Source: Phycisphaeraceae bacterium
Lineage (GTDB): Bacteria; Planctomycetota; Phycisphaerae; Phycisphaerales; Zrk34
NCBI GenBank assembly: GCA_040905565.1
Contig: JBBDRF010000065.1
Location: forward strand, 1-21,898
DNA length: 21,898 nucleotides
Direction of reading: 5' to 3'
The translations under genes were made by a program, and so were the position numbers. The notes under the pieces are model-generated. The model worked only from the letters and a program-made list of their open reading frames with translations. It was not told where the DNA came from and made no database searches. This document shows, piece by piece, positions 1 through 7,339 of this stretch; the stretch's first letter is position 1; the number at the start of each line of letters is the position of its first letter.

Positions 1-2
1 TT

Positions 3-1034
3 CGCTGGAGAGGTCTGGAACTGCCCACACGCGTGGTTCCCGACGAGCACAATACAGAGACGTACGGCAAGTTTGTCGTTGAACCCTTCGAACGAGGCCT
101 CGGCACGACGGTGGGCAACAGCCTCCGCCGTATTCTGCTCTCGACCATCGAGGGTGCGGCCGTCACGAAGGTGAAGATCGCCGGGGCGGCGCATGAGTTC
201 ATGTCGCTGCCGGGTGTGCAGGAAGACGTTACCGACATCATCCTGAACATCAAGAACCTGGTCGTTTCGCTTGAGGGCGATGAGCCCAAGTCGATGACGC
301 TCGGCGCCACCGGCCCCGGCGAAGTTACCGCCGACCTGATCGAAGCCGAAACCTCCATCACCGTCCATCAGAAGGATCTGATCCTTGCGACGCTGACCGA
401 GGAGAAGGATTTCGACATCGACTTCACCGTCGAAAAAGGCCGTGGCTATGTCCCCGCGAGCGAACTGGCGGAGCGTGAGGAAGAGCAGGAAGTCGGCGTG
501 ATCTACGTCGATGCCATCTTCTCGCCCGTGCTCCGTGTTCGTTACAAGGTCGAAGACACCCGCGTGGGTCAGAAGACCAACTACGATAAGCTGACCCTTG
601 AGGTCTGGACCAACGGCGCGGTCACGCCTGACATGGCGGTGGTCGAAGCAGCGAAGGTGCTGCGTAAGCACCTGAACCCGTTCGTGATGTACTTCGAACT
701 CGGCGAGCAGACGGTCAGCGAAGCGGCGGCGAACGCAGCTGAAGCTGACGAAGAAGAAGCCGGCCGGCTCGAGGTCCCCATCAGCGATCTGGATCTGTCG
801 GTTCGGGCGAACAACTGCCTGGACTCGGCGGGGATTCGCTCGGTCGGCGACCTGACGTCGATGACCGAATCGGACCTGTTGAAGATCCGTTCGTTTGGCA
901 AGACCAGCCTCCGCGAGATCAAGCGAAAGCTTTCGGAGATGGGGTTGAGCCTGGCGTCGGGCGGTGAGCCGATCGACGACATGGCCGACGACGATGAAGA
1001 GCTCGGCGACGAGCAGGAAATGATGCGCGAGTGA
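3..1034 (+). CDS. rpoA: DNA-directed RNA polymerase subunit alpha (5' end just outside the window)
   Basis: Frame is open from position 3 (RWRGLELPTRVV...). Contains YGKFVVEPFERGLGTTVGNSLRRILLS, RVGQKTNYDKL and the alpha-CTD LSVRANNCL...FGKTSLREIK. Followed by rplQ as in the canonical alpha operon. Confidence 0.99.
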   Translation, partial: RWRGLELPTRVVPDEHNTETYGKFVVEPFERGLGTTVGNSLRRILLSTIEGAAVTKVKIAGAAHEFMSLPGVQEDVTDIILNIKNLVVSLEGDEPKSMTLGATGPGEVTADLIEAETSITVHQKDLILATLTEEKDFDIDFTVEKGRGYVPASELAEREEEQEVGVIYVDAIFSPVLRVRYKVEDTRVGQKTNYDKLTLEVWTNGAVTPDMAVVEAAKVLRKHLNPFVMYFELGEQTVSEAAANAAEADEEEAGRLEVPISDLDLSVRANNCLDSAGIRSVGDLTSMTESDLLKIRSFGKTSLREIKRKLSEMGLSLASGGEPIDDMADDDEELGDEQEMMRE

Positions 1035-1108
1035 GCCCCTGACGCAGCGGTCACCGCTGCAAGCCCCAGTGCCCTGAAGCGGGCCTCGGGTTGATTGAGG
1101 AAATAGTC

Positions 1109-1780
1109 ATGCGACATGCAGTATCTGGATTCAAACTGGGCCGCGACACCGAGCACCGACTGGCGATGTTCCGCAACCTCGCCGCGGCGCTCTTTCAGCA
1201 CGGCCAGATCACGACGACGCTGCCGAAGGCCAAGGCCGTGCAGCCGTTCGTGGAAAAGCTGATCACCCTCGCCCGTCGTGGTGACCTGCACGCCAGGCGT
1301 CAGGCGATCGCCACGCTTCGCGATCGGTTCCTTGTCGACGTCGTCAATGGTGACGAAGACGGCGCGGACGTCGAGCGCGATCGGCACGGCAAGGTCATCG
1401 ACGCCCCGAAGCTGATCACCAAGCTGTTCGACGAGATTGGCCCCCGTTACGCCGACCGAGCCGGTGGTTACACCCGGATCGTGAAGCTGGCGACGTACCG
1501 CATCGGCGATGCGGGCAACCTGGTGGTGCTGCAGCTGGTCGGCGAAGAGGAAGAGGGCGGACCGCGTGTGCGTGGCCGTTACTCGCGTCGTCGTCAGCAG
1601 CAGGATAACCGCACGGCTTACGCCGCCAAGCTCCGCAAGGCGCGTGGTGGTGCGGCCGTGGCTGAGGAAGCGGCCCCCGCCGCCGAGCCCGAAGCTGCTG
1701 CGGAAGACGAGGCCAAGCCCGTCGCCGAGGAGCAAGCTCCCGAGCAGACCCAAGGCGGCGAGGAAGAGAAGAAGGACTGA
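1109..1780 (+). CDS. rplQ: 50S ribosomal protein L17 with internal insertion and long C-terminal extension
   Basis: MRH...KLGRDTEHRLAMFRNLA, ITTTLPKAK, RYADRAGGYTRIVKL. SD-like GAGGA at 1097-1101 precedes ATG 1109. Confidence 0.98.
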   Translation: MRHAVSGFKLGRDTEHRLAMFRNLAAALFQHGQITTTLPKAKAVQPFVEKLITLARRGDLHARRQAIATLRDRFLVDVVNGDEDGADVERDRHGKVIDAPKLITKLFDEIGPRYADRAGGYTRIVKLATYRIGDAGNLVVLQLVGEEEEGGPRVRGRYSRRRQQQDNRTAYAAKLRKARGGAAVAEEAAPAAEPEAAAEDEAKPVAEEQAPEQTQGGEEEKKD

Positions 1781-1810
1781 CTTTCTTCCGCTTCGCGCTA
1801 CGCAGATATC

Positions 1811-1848
1811 AAAAGGCCCGCGCTTCTTCATGAGGCGCGGGTCTTTTT
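1811..1848 (+). terminator. Intrinsic terminator after rplQ, probably bidirectional
   Basis: AAAA-GGCCCGCGCTTC-ttcat-GAGGCGCGGGTC-TTTTT: GC stem with G-U pairs, A-tract before and T-tract after. Confidence 0.85.
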
Positions 1849-1904
1849 CATTTCCGCATGTAACGCGTTGGCGATTTCCCGACGCGCGCTGATATCCCTT
1901 GTTT

Positions 1905-2035
1905 AACCACAGAGGCACAGAGGGGGAGGAGAAGAAAAGACGGAGAGAAAATTTTTGATTGCCTTGTTTTGAGTTCTGACTTCCGCTTTCTGACTTCTCC
2001 TCTTCTTACTCCTCTTCCTCTGTGGCTCTGTGGTT
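1905..2035. repeat. Palindromic intergenic element, copy 1 (131 bp)
   Basis: Arms AACCACAGAGGCACAGAGGGGGAGGAG ... CTCCTCTTCCTCTGTGGCTCTGTGGTT are 24/27 complementary. Core has TTCTGACTTC at 1974 and 1988. About 47% GC by hand count. Confidence 0.9.
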
Positions 2036-2045
2036 GAATCTCTTC

Positions 2046-2234
2046 CTAGTTCGCTTCGGGTTCGGCCCAGACGCGGGGGTCGCCGGCTTCGTCGATTTCG
2101 ACGTGGATGATGTTGGCGCAGCAGCAGACGGGGCAATCCTCAACGTATTCCTGATGCGTGCCTGCGGAGGGATCGACGGGGATGATGATCTCCTCGCCGC
2201 ACGAATCGCAGATGTAGCTGGCGTCGTCGTTCAT
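2046..2234 (-). CDS. CPXCG-motif cysteine-rich small protein (putative Zn-binding)
   Basis: 62 aa: CDSCGEEI...VDPSAG..QEYVEDCPVCC, matching the Cys_rich_CPXG family pattern. Confidence 0.88.
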   Translation of the reverse strand: MNDDASYICDSCGEEIIIPVDPSAGTHQEYVEDCPVCCCANIIHVEIDEAGDPRVWAEPEAN

Positions 2235-2321
2235 GTCGGTGGCTCGGTGGTTTTGATTACGGGTTCGAACAGACTATATTAGCTGCCGCATCATCATCAC
2301 TTCTAGCGGAGTTGGAGCGGT

Positions 2322-3332
2322 ATGGCATTCGCACGCATTCTCGTCACCGGCGGTGCTGGTTTCATCGGCGTCCATCTTTGCCGTCGGCTCCTTGAGCAGG
2401 GCCACGATGTGATCTGCGCCGACAATTTTTTCACGAGCCAGAAGATCAACATTCAGCCGCTGCTGGGCGAGCCGAACTTTGAGTTCATTCGGCACGATGT
2501 GACGCACCCGCTTTGGCTCGAGGTCGATCAGATTTACAACTTGGCGTGCCCCGCGTCGCCGATCCACTATCAGCATAATCCGATCAAGACGATCAAGACG
2601 AGCGTGCTCGGGGCGATCAACGTGCTGGGCATGGCCAAACGCACCGGCGCTCGGGTGCTTCAGGCTTCCACGAGCGAAGTGTACGGCGACCCGGACGTGC
2701 AGCCGCAATCGGAAACGTACCGCGGCAGCGTGAACCCGATCGGCCCCCGCGCCTGTTACGACGAAGGCAAACGCTGCGCTGAGACGCTGTTCTTCGATTA
2801 TCACCGGGCGAACAACGTCGCGATCCGCGTGGCGCGCATCTTCAACACCTACGGCCCGGGGATGCATCCGTACGACGGCCGGGTGGTCAGCAACTTCATT
2901 TTGCAGGCCCTGGCGAACAAGCCGATCACGCTTTACGGCGACGGGTCGCAGACGCGAAGCTTCTGCTATGTCGATGATCTGGTCGAGGGGCTGATGCGGC
3001 TGATGAATGCCGACGATACGTGCATCGGGCCGATCAACCTCGGCAACGATGGTGAGTTCACGATCCGCCAGCTTGCTGAGCAGGTGATCGAGATGACCGG
3101 GTCGAAGTCGGAGCTGACTTACCAGCCGCTGCCGACGGACGACCCCTTGCAGCGGCAGCCCGATCTGACCCGCGCGAAGGAGCAGCTGGACTGGGAGCCG
3201 ACGGTGAAACTGCGCGAGGGCTTGGAGCGCACGATCGCCTACTTCCGTGATCTGGATTTGAGTCTGTACCGCGAACCGACGCCGCTGGCGGCTTACAACA
3301 AGCAGGCCACGAGCGTCGCCGATGCCAGGTGA
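2322..3332 (+). CDS. UDP-glucuronic acid decarboxylase (UDP-xylose synthase), extended SDR family
   Basis: [53 protein letters not shown] (YxxxK), [32 protein letters not shown] upstream. Confidence 0.95.
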   Translation: MAFARILVTGGAGFIGVHLCRRLLEQGHDVICADNFFTSQKINIQPLLGEPNFEFIRHDVTHPLWLEVDQIYNLACPASPIHYQHNPIKTIKTSVLGAINVLGMAKRTGARVLQASTSEVYGDPDVQPQSETYRGSVNPIGPRACYDEGKRCAETLFFDYHRANNVAIRVARIFNTYGPGMHPYDGRVVSNFILQALANKPITLYGDGSQTRSFCYVDDLVEGLMRLMNADDTCIGPINLGNDGEFTIRQLAEQVIEMTGSKSELTYQPLPTDDPLQRQPDLTRAKEQLDWEPTVKLREGLERTIAYFRDLDLSLYREPTPLAAYNKQATSVADAR

Positions 3333-3371
3333 GCATTGATCCGTCGCTGCCGGTTGAGAATCCGGAAAATG

Positions 3372-3503
3372 AACCACAGAGGCATTGAGGAAGAGGAGAA
3401 GAGAAAGGCAGAGAGGAGATTTCTGTTTCCTGGGTTCTGACTTCTTGATTCTGACTTCGAACTTCTCTTCTTCTTCCTCCTCCCCCTCTGTGCCTCTGTG
3501 GTT
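3372..3503. repeat. Palindromic intergenic element, copy 2 (132 bp)
   Basis: Arms AACCACAGAGGCATTGAGGAAGAGGAG ... CTCCTCCCCCTCTGTGCCTCTGTGGTT. Core has TTCTGACTTC at 3435 and 3449, same orientation as copy 1. Confidence 0.9.
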
Positions 3504-3531
3504 GCACCTTCTTCGAAGCATTGGCGTGGTC

Positions 3532-3539
3532 GGTATACT
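3532..3539 (+). promoter_or_regulatory. Putative -10 box (ggTATACT) for the sprT-like gene
   Basis: TATACT at 3534-3539, 9 nt before ATG 3549. No SD sequence. Confidence 0.5.
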
Positions 3540-3548
3540 CATGGCGGT

Positions 3549-4082
3549 ATGGATCTTTTCGCAGCACAGCAGCTGGCTCTTGATTTGATGGACCGTCACG
3601 GTTTGCGTGAAAGCGGCTGGCGTTTTGCGTGGGGGCATGGCAAGCGGTTGCTGGGGTCGGCGCAGGTGCGGCGGGCGGTGCATCGGCCGACGGGACGCAT
3701 CATCGAAACAAAAACGCTTCGCCTGTCCCGGCACCTGGTTCGCCTGAACGATGATTTCGAAGTACGCGACACGATTCTCCATGAGATCGCCCACGCGATT
3801 GCGGGCGTGGAGAACGGGCACAATCACATCTGGCGGAAGGTGTGTCGTGAGATCGGCGCTCGGCCGCAACGGCTTGCGGGGGAAGAGGTGGTGGTGGTGC
3901 GCGGTCGGTACGCCGTCGTTTGCGGTTGTTGTGGGCGGCTATTGGGCACGCGGCACCGCCGGATGGCCGTCGATCGACTGAAGCGAACGTATTGCCGACA
4001 CTGCGGCGTGAAATCGCAGGGGCAGGTGCGACTGGAAGTTTCCAAGAAGCCCGGCTTTCCCCAGACCGGTGGGAGTTCGTGA
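3549..4082 (+). CDS. SprT-like zinc metalloprotease with C-terminal Zn ribbon
   Basis: WRFAW...KRLLG, LRLSRHL, VRDTILHEIAHA (HExxH), GHNHIWRKVCREIGA, then CGCC...CRHC. Confidence 0.9.
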   Translation: MDLFAAQQLALDLMDRHGLRESGWRFAWGHGKRLLGSAQVRRAVHRPTGRIIETKTLRLSRHLVRLNDDFEVRDTILHEIAHAIAGVENGHNHIWRKVCREIGARPQRLAGEEVVVVRGRYAVVCGCCGRLLGTRHRRMAVDRLKRTYCRHCGVKSQGQVRLEVSKKPGFPQTGGSS

Positions 4083-4088
4083 GACGCT

Positions 4089-4110
4089 CGGGCTGGGGAC
4101 AGCCCGGCTC
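4089..4110 (+). repeat. 22-nt REP-like hairpin (GGGA loop), copy a
   Basis: CGGGCTG-GGGA-CAGCCCG-GCTC. Related copies at 13550 and (inverted, partial) 11825. Confidence 0.55.
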
Positions 4111-4132
4111 TTGCGCGACGTGTTCATATCAT

Positions 4133-4164
4133 AAAAAAGCACCCGCCTTTGACAGCGGGTGCTT
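4133..4164 (-). terminator. Intrinsic terminator of iscA
   Basis: Minus strand AAGCACCCGC-tgtcaaag-GCGGGTGCTT-TTTT, about 30 nt past the iscA stop. Confidence 0.85.
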
Positions 4165-4193
4165 GGGGTCGATTCGTTTTTTGGTGGGGGGGG

Positions 4194-4526
4194 TCAGGCG
4201 GAGAAGGAGGAGCCGCAGCCGCAGGAGCTGTTGGCGTTGGGGTTCTTGAAGACGAACCCGCGGCCCATGACCTCGTTTTTGAAGTCGATCTCGGTGCCGT
4301 TGAGGTAGAGATAGCTCTTCGGATCGCAGACGACGGTGACGCCGTCCTTCTGGAAGCGTTCATCCTGCTCGCCGGCCTGCTCGGTGAGGTCCAGCAGGTA
4401 GGAGAAGCCCGAGCAGCCGCCGCCCTTGACGCCGACGCGGAGGAAGATGTTGTCGACGGGGAGCTTCTGCTGCTCGCAGATGTGTTTGATTTCGCTGACG
4501 GCGTTTTCGCTGAGTTCGATGGCCAT
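4194..4526 (-). CDS. iscA: A-type Fe-S cluster carrier (HesB/IscA family)
   Basis: LRVGVKGGGCSGFSY, DPKSYLYLNGTEIDF, FKNPNANSSCGCGSSF. SD GAGGTG before ATG 4526. Confidence 0.95.
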   Translation of the reverse strand: MAIELSENAVSEIKHICEQQKLPVDNIFLRVGVKGGGCSGFSYLLDLTEQAGEQDERFQKDGVTVVCDPKSYLYLNGTEIDFKNEVMGRGFVFKNPNANSSCGCGSSFSA

Positions 4527-4627
4527 GTTCTTCACCTCATTTGCTGACTGGAACGGGCTGACGCTTCGGCTCCGATGGGGAGCGGCGGTGGGCCCGCGAG
4601 GGGGATTTCAATATCGCTGTGCTTTCT

Positions 4628-4633
4628 ATTATA
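4628..4633 (-). promoter_or_regulatory. Putative -10 box TATAAT for iscA, overlapping the iscS stop codon
   Basis: Perfect TATAAT on the minus strand in GC-rich DNA, about 100 nt upstream of iscA. Confidence 0.45.
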
Positions 4634-5807
4634 GGCGCGATTCACACGTTGTCTCGGATGGATTGTAGTTTCTTACTGCCTCGATGACGATGGCGATGGC
4701 GGCATCGATTTCGTCGGAGGTGTTACCGCGGCCGAGTCCGAAGCGGAGCGAGGCCCGGGCGCGGGCTTCGGAGACGTTCATCCGCTTGAGGACGCGGCTT
4801 TGCTGCATGGCGGCGGTGGTGCAGGCTGAGGCGGAGGAAACGGCGAGCTCGGGCATCGCGGCGATCAGTCGTTCGGCATCGACGTACCCGACGCTGAGGT
4901 TGGTCGTGTGCGGAAGGCGACGCTCGAGGTGGCCGTTGGGCTGGGCGTGCGGCAGCGCTTTGAGGAGCTGATTTTCCAGCCGATCGCGCAGCTGGGCGAG
5001 GCGGGGCGATTCATTCGGCATGAGCTTGGCTGCGACGCGCGCCGCTTCGCCGAGGCCGACGATGCCCGGCAGATTCAGCGTCCCCGATCGCAGGCCTCGC
5101 TCATGGCCGCCGCCTTCGAAGAGCGGTTGCAGGCGAACGCGGGGGCGTTTGCGGCGGGTGTAGAGGGCGCCGACGCCTTGGGGGCCGTAGAACTTGTGAG
5201 CTGAGAGCGAGAGCATCTCGACGTCGAGCGTGTCGACGTGGACGCTGATTTTGCCGACCGCCTGCGTGGCGTCGGTGTGAAAGCGGATATCGCGGTCTTT
5301 GCAGAGCTTTGCGAGGGCGGCGATGTCGTTTAAGCAGCCGGTCTCGTGATTGGCGAGCATGATCGAGACGAGCACCGTGTCGGGCCGAATGGCAGCGGCC
5401 AGGGCCTCGGGCGTGATCAGGCCCTGCGGGGTGGGGTCGATCGTCGTCAGTTCCCAGCCTTCTTCCGCGAGCCGTTCGCAGGCAGCCAGCACCGAGGGAT
5501 GCTCGATGGAACTGGTGATGATGTGCCGCCCCGTCGCACCGACCGCAGCGGCGTGATACGCAGCAAAGCCCTTGATGGCGAGGTTGTTCGCTTCGGTCGC
5601 GCCGCTGGTGAAGGTAAGCTCACGCGGGTCGGCCTGGAGGAGATCCGCCAGTTGCTGGCGGGCGGATTCGACCGCCTCGGCTGCGCGCCGACCGACCGCA
5701 TGCTGACGGCTCGCGGCATTACCGAAGCGATCCCGAAAGTAAGGAAGCATCGCATCGAGCACCCGGGCATCCAGCGGCGTCGTCGCATTGTGGTCAAGGT
5801 AAATCAT
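4629..5807 (-). CDS. iscS: Cysteine desulfurase (group I, IscS/NifS family)
   Basis: MIYLDHNATTP, FTSGATEANN, IEHPSV, HTDATQAVGK, SAHKFYGP (PLP lysine), RSGT, SSASAC (catalytic Cys). Confidence 0.93.
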   Translation of the reverse strand: MIYLDHNATTPLDARVLDAMLPYFRDRFGNAASRQHAVGRRAAEAVESARQQLADLLQADPRELTFTSGATEANNLAIKGFAAYHAAAVGATGRHIITSSIEHPSVLAACERLAEEGWELTTIDPTPQGLITPEALAAAIRPDTVLVSIMLANHETGCLNDIAALAKLCKDRDIRFHTDATQAVGKISVHVDTLDVEMLSLSAHKFYGPQGVGALYTRRKRPRVRLQPLFEGGGHERGLRSGTLNLPGIVGLGEAARVAAKLMPNESPRLAQLRDRLENQLLKALPHAQPNGHLERRLPHTTNLSVGYVDAERLIAAMPELAVSSASACTTAAMQQSRVLKRMNVSEARARASLRFGLGRGNTSDEIDAAIAIVIEAVRNYNPSETTCESRL

Positions 5808-5878
5808 GGTCGGTTGGGGCGGTAAGAGGTAGTGGGGCGGCAAAGGTCGGCCGAAGGTTTTGGGTAAACGGTGGGGGG

Positions 5879-5886
5879 GGTATGAT
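5879..5886 (+). promoter_or_regulatory. Putative -10 box (ggTATGAT); leaderless exbD
   Basis: TATGAT at 5881-5886, 7 nt before ATG 5894. No SD sequence. Confidence 0.55.
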
Positions 5887-5893
5887 AGCGGGT

Positions 5894-6337
5894 ATGTCGC
5901 GACGTGTCGGGCAATCGAGTTACGAGCCACGCATTGAGATGACGCCGCTTCTGGACGTCATTTTTCTGCTGCTCACGTTTTTCATTTATAGCCTGGTCGT
6001 CACGGTGAACGCGGAGGTGCTGCCGGTCGCGCTGCCGCAGCTGGGGGCGGCGGTGGATGCGGAGCGTACCGCCATCGCAGGCATCACCGTGGACGAGCAT
6101 GGCGAGCTGTTTCTCAATCGTGAAGCCGTTACGCGTGACGAGCTTCGGCAGCAGATTCAGACGATGGCCGAAGCGGATGAGGTCCCCGCCGTGTTCCTTG
6201 CGCTCGATGCCGAGGCCTCGGCTGTGGATCGTGGGCCGTTGCTGCTGGAGCTGATTGACATGCTCAGGCGGGCGGGCGTGGATGATTTTCACATCGTCGG
6301 TCACGGTGAAGGCGCGAAAGAGGCGACCGAGCCTTGA
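5894..6337 (+). CDS. exbD: Biopolymer transport protein ExbD/TolR family
   Basis: RIEMTPLLDVIFLLLTFFI (conserved TM Asp), followed by a periplasmic domain ITVDEHGELFLN...LIDMLRRAG. Confidence 0.9.
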   Translation: MSRRVGQSSYEPRIEMTPLLDVIFLLLTFFIYSLVVTVNAEVLPVALPQLGAAVDAERTAIAGITVDEHGELFLNREAVTRDELRQQIQTMAEADEVPAVFLALDAEASAVDRGPLLLELIDMLRRAGVDDFHIVGHGEGAKEATEP

Positions 6338-6524
6338 ACCGGTAAAAGGCCGCGGGCTGGGGAAGACCTCGGGGCGGTGGGGCGGGCAACTCTGCGGGGG
6401 CGGGGGGGCTCATCGAATCTATGGTTGAATCAGGAAGCGCGCGGTGAGCGTGCTGATCCAGAGAGACGGCTGCCCCGATGGGGGTAGAAACATATCTAAT
6501 GGTTCAACCGGAGGGGGACTTCCG

Positions 6525-7193
6525 ATGACAGCGAGAGAACGGCTGGCAATAGCCGCGATCGCGTGCGCCGCGATTGCAGTGGCTGGTGCTGAGGCGCCCG
6601 CCGACGTGATGCAGGTGAACGATCGCGAGGAGATCGCAGCGAACGATTCGTATGACTGGTCTGTGCTGGGGGTGCCGGACACCGTAGCGGGCACCAACTT
6701 CGACATCGACTCGGTGAACGGGCTTACCGCGAACGTGATGACGCCGCTGAATAGTCTTGTTGTTCAGCAGCCGACGAACTGGGCGGGCGGATTCGCCGAC
6801 GACGATTTCGGCTTGTTCACCGGGGGCGGCGACACGCTCACGCTGGACTTCGCCATGCCCGTGCAGGCGGTCGGCGCTCACATCTTCACCGACTTGGCGG
6901 GCCCGTTCACCGCCACCCTCACCGCTTTTGACGCGGACGGCGAAGAGCTTGGCATGGCCGACGTCACGGGTACCGCAGTGGCGCGGCCGAACGAGGCACC
7001 GTTCCTCGGCCTCACCAGTGATGCGTTCGACATCAGCGAAGTCGTCTTCGAAGCCGACAACATCTCAAGCAACGACGACGGTTTCGCGATCAATGAGGTT
7101 TCGGTCAATGTGATCCCCGCACCGGCGACCGGCACTGCCGCGCTTGTGATGTTGGGAGCGATTGCGGCGCAGCGCCGCCGCACAAGGGCCTGA
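6525..7193 (+). CDS. Secreted/surface protein with a PEP-CTERM-like (IPAP) sorting tail
   Basis: N-terminal signal peptide, acidic beta-rich body, C-terminus VIPAPATGTAALVMLGAIAAQRRRTRA (motif, TM helix, Arg cluster). SD GGAGG at 6510. Confidence 0.85.
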   Translation: MTARERLAIAAIACAAIAVAGAEAPADVMQVNDREEIAANDSYDWSVLGVPDTVAGTNFDIDSVNGLTANVMTPLNSLVVQQPTNWAGGFADDDFGLFTGGGDTLTLDFAMPVQAVGAHIFTDLAGPFTATLTAFDADGEELGMADVTGTAVARPNEAPFLGLTSDAFDISEVVFEADNISSNDDGFAINEVSVNVIPAPATGTAALVMLGAIAAQRRRTRA

Positions 7194-7201
7194 TCCCACC
7201 A

Positions 7202-7238
7202 CGCGTGTTCCCTTAAACAGGAACACGCGGTTTTCTTT
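7202..7238 (+). terminator. Intrinsic terminator after the PEP-CTERM-like gene
   Basis: CGCGTGTTCC-cttaaaca-GGAACACGCG-gTTTTCTTT: perfect 10-bp stem. Confidence 0.85.
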
Positions 7239-7324
7239 CGTTTGGCGAGCGGAAAGCTTAAGCGGCCGTCGGATGCGCTGACCATCGCGTTCCGCTCGCT
7301 GCTACCCCTTCGTGCTACGGAGCG

Positions 7325-7332
7325 GGTAGAAT
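7325..7332 (+). promoter_or_regulatory. Putative -10 box (ggTAGAAT); leaderless channel gene
   Basis: TAGAAT at 7327-7332, 7 nt before ATG 7340. No SD sequence. Confidence 0.55.
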
Positions 7333-7339
7333 CCCTCCG

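Noticed and set aside
581..1918. 445-aa minus-strand ORF, and similar long ORFs at 2274-3869, 10361-11593, 13818-14963 and 15421-17151
   Set aside because: Antisense shadows of well-supported genes in GC-rich DNA, with no recognisable motifs.
1905..3503. CRISPR array or IS/composite transposon interpretation of the repeats
   Set aside because: Only two units, no regular repeat-spacer pattern, no cas or transposase gene and no target-site duplication.
6357..6407. G-run cluster (potential G-quadruplex) after exbD
   Set aside because: G-rich intergenic tracts also occur at 4185-4193 and 5873-5880 and are expected at this GC content; nothing supports a function.
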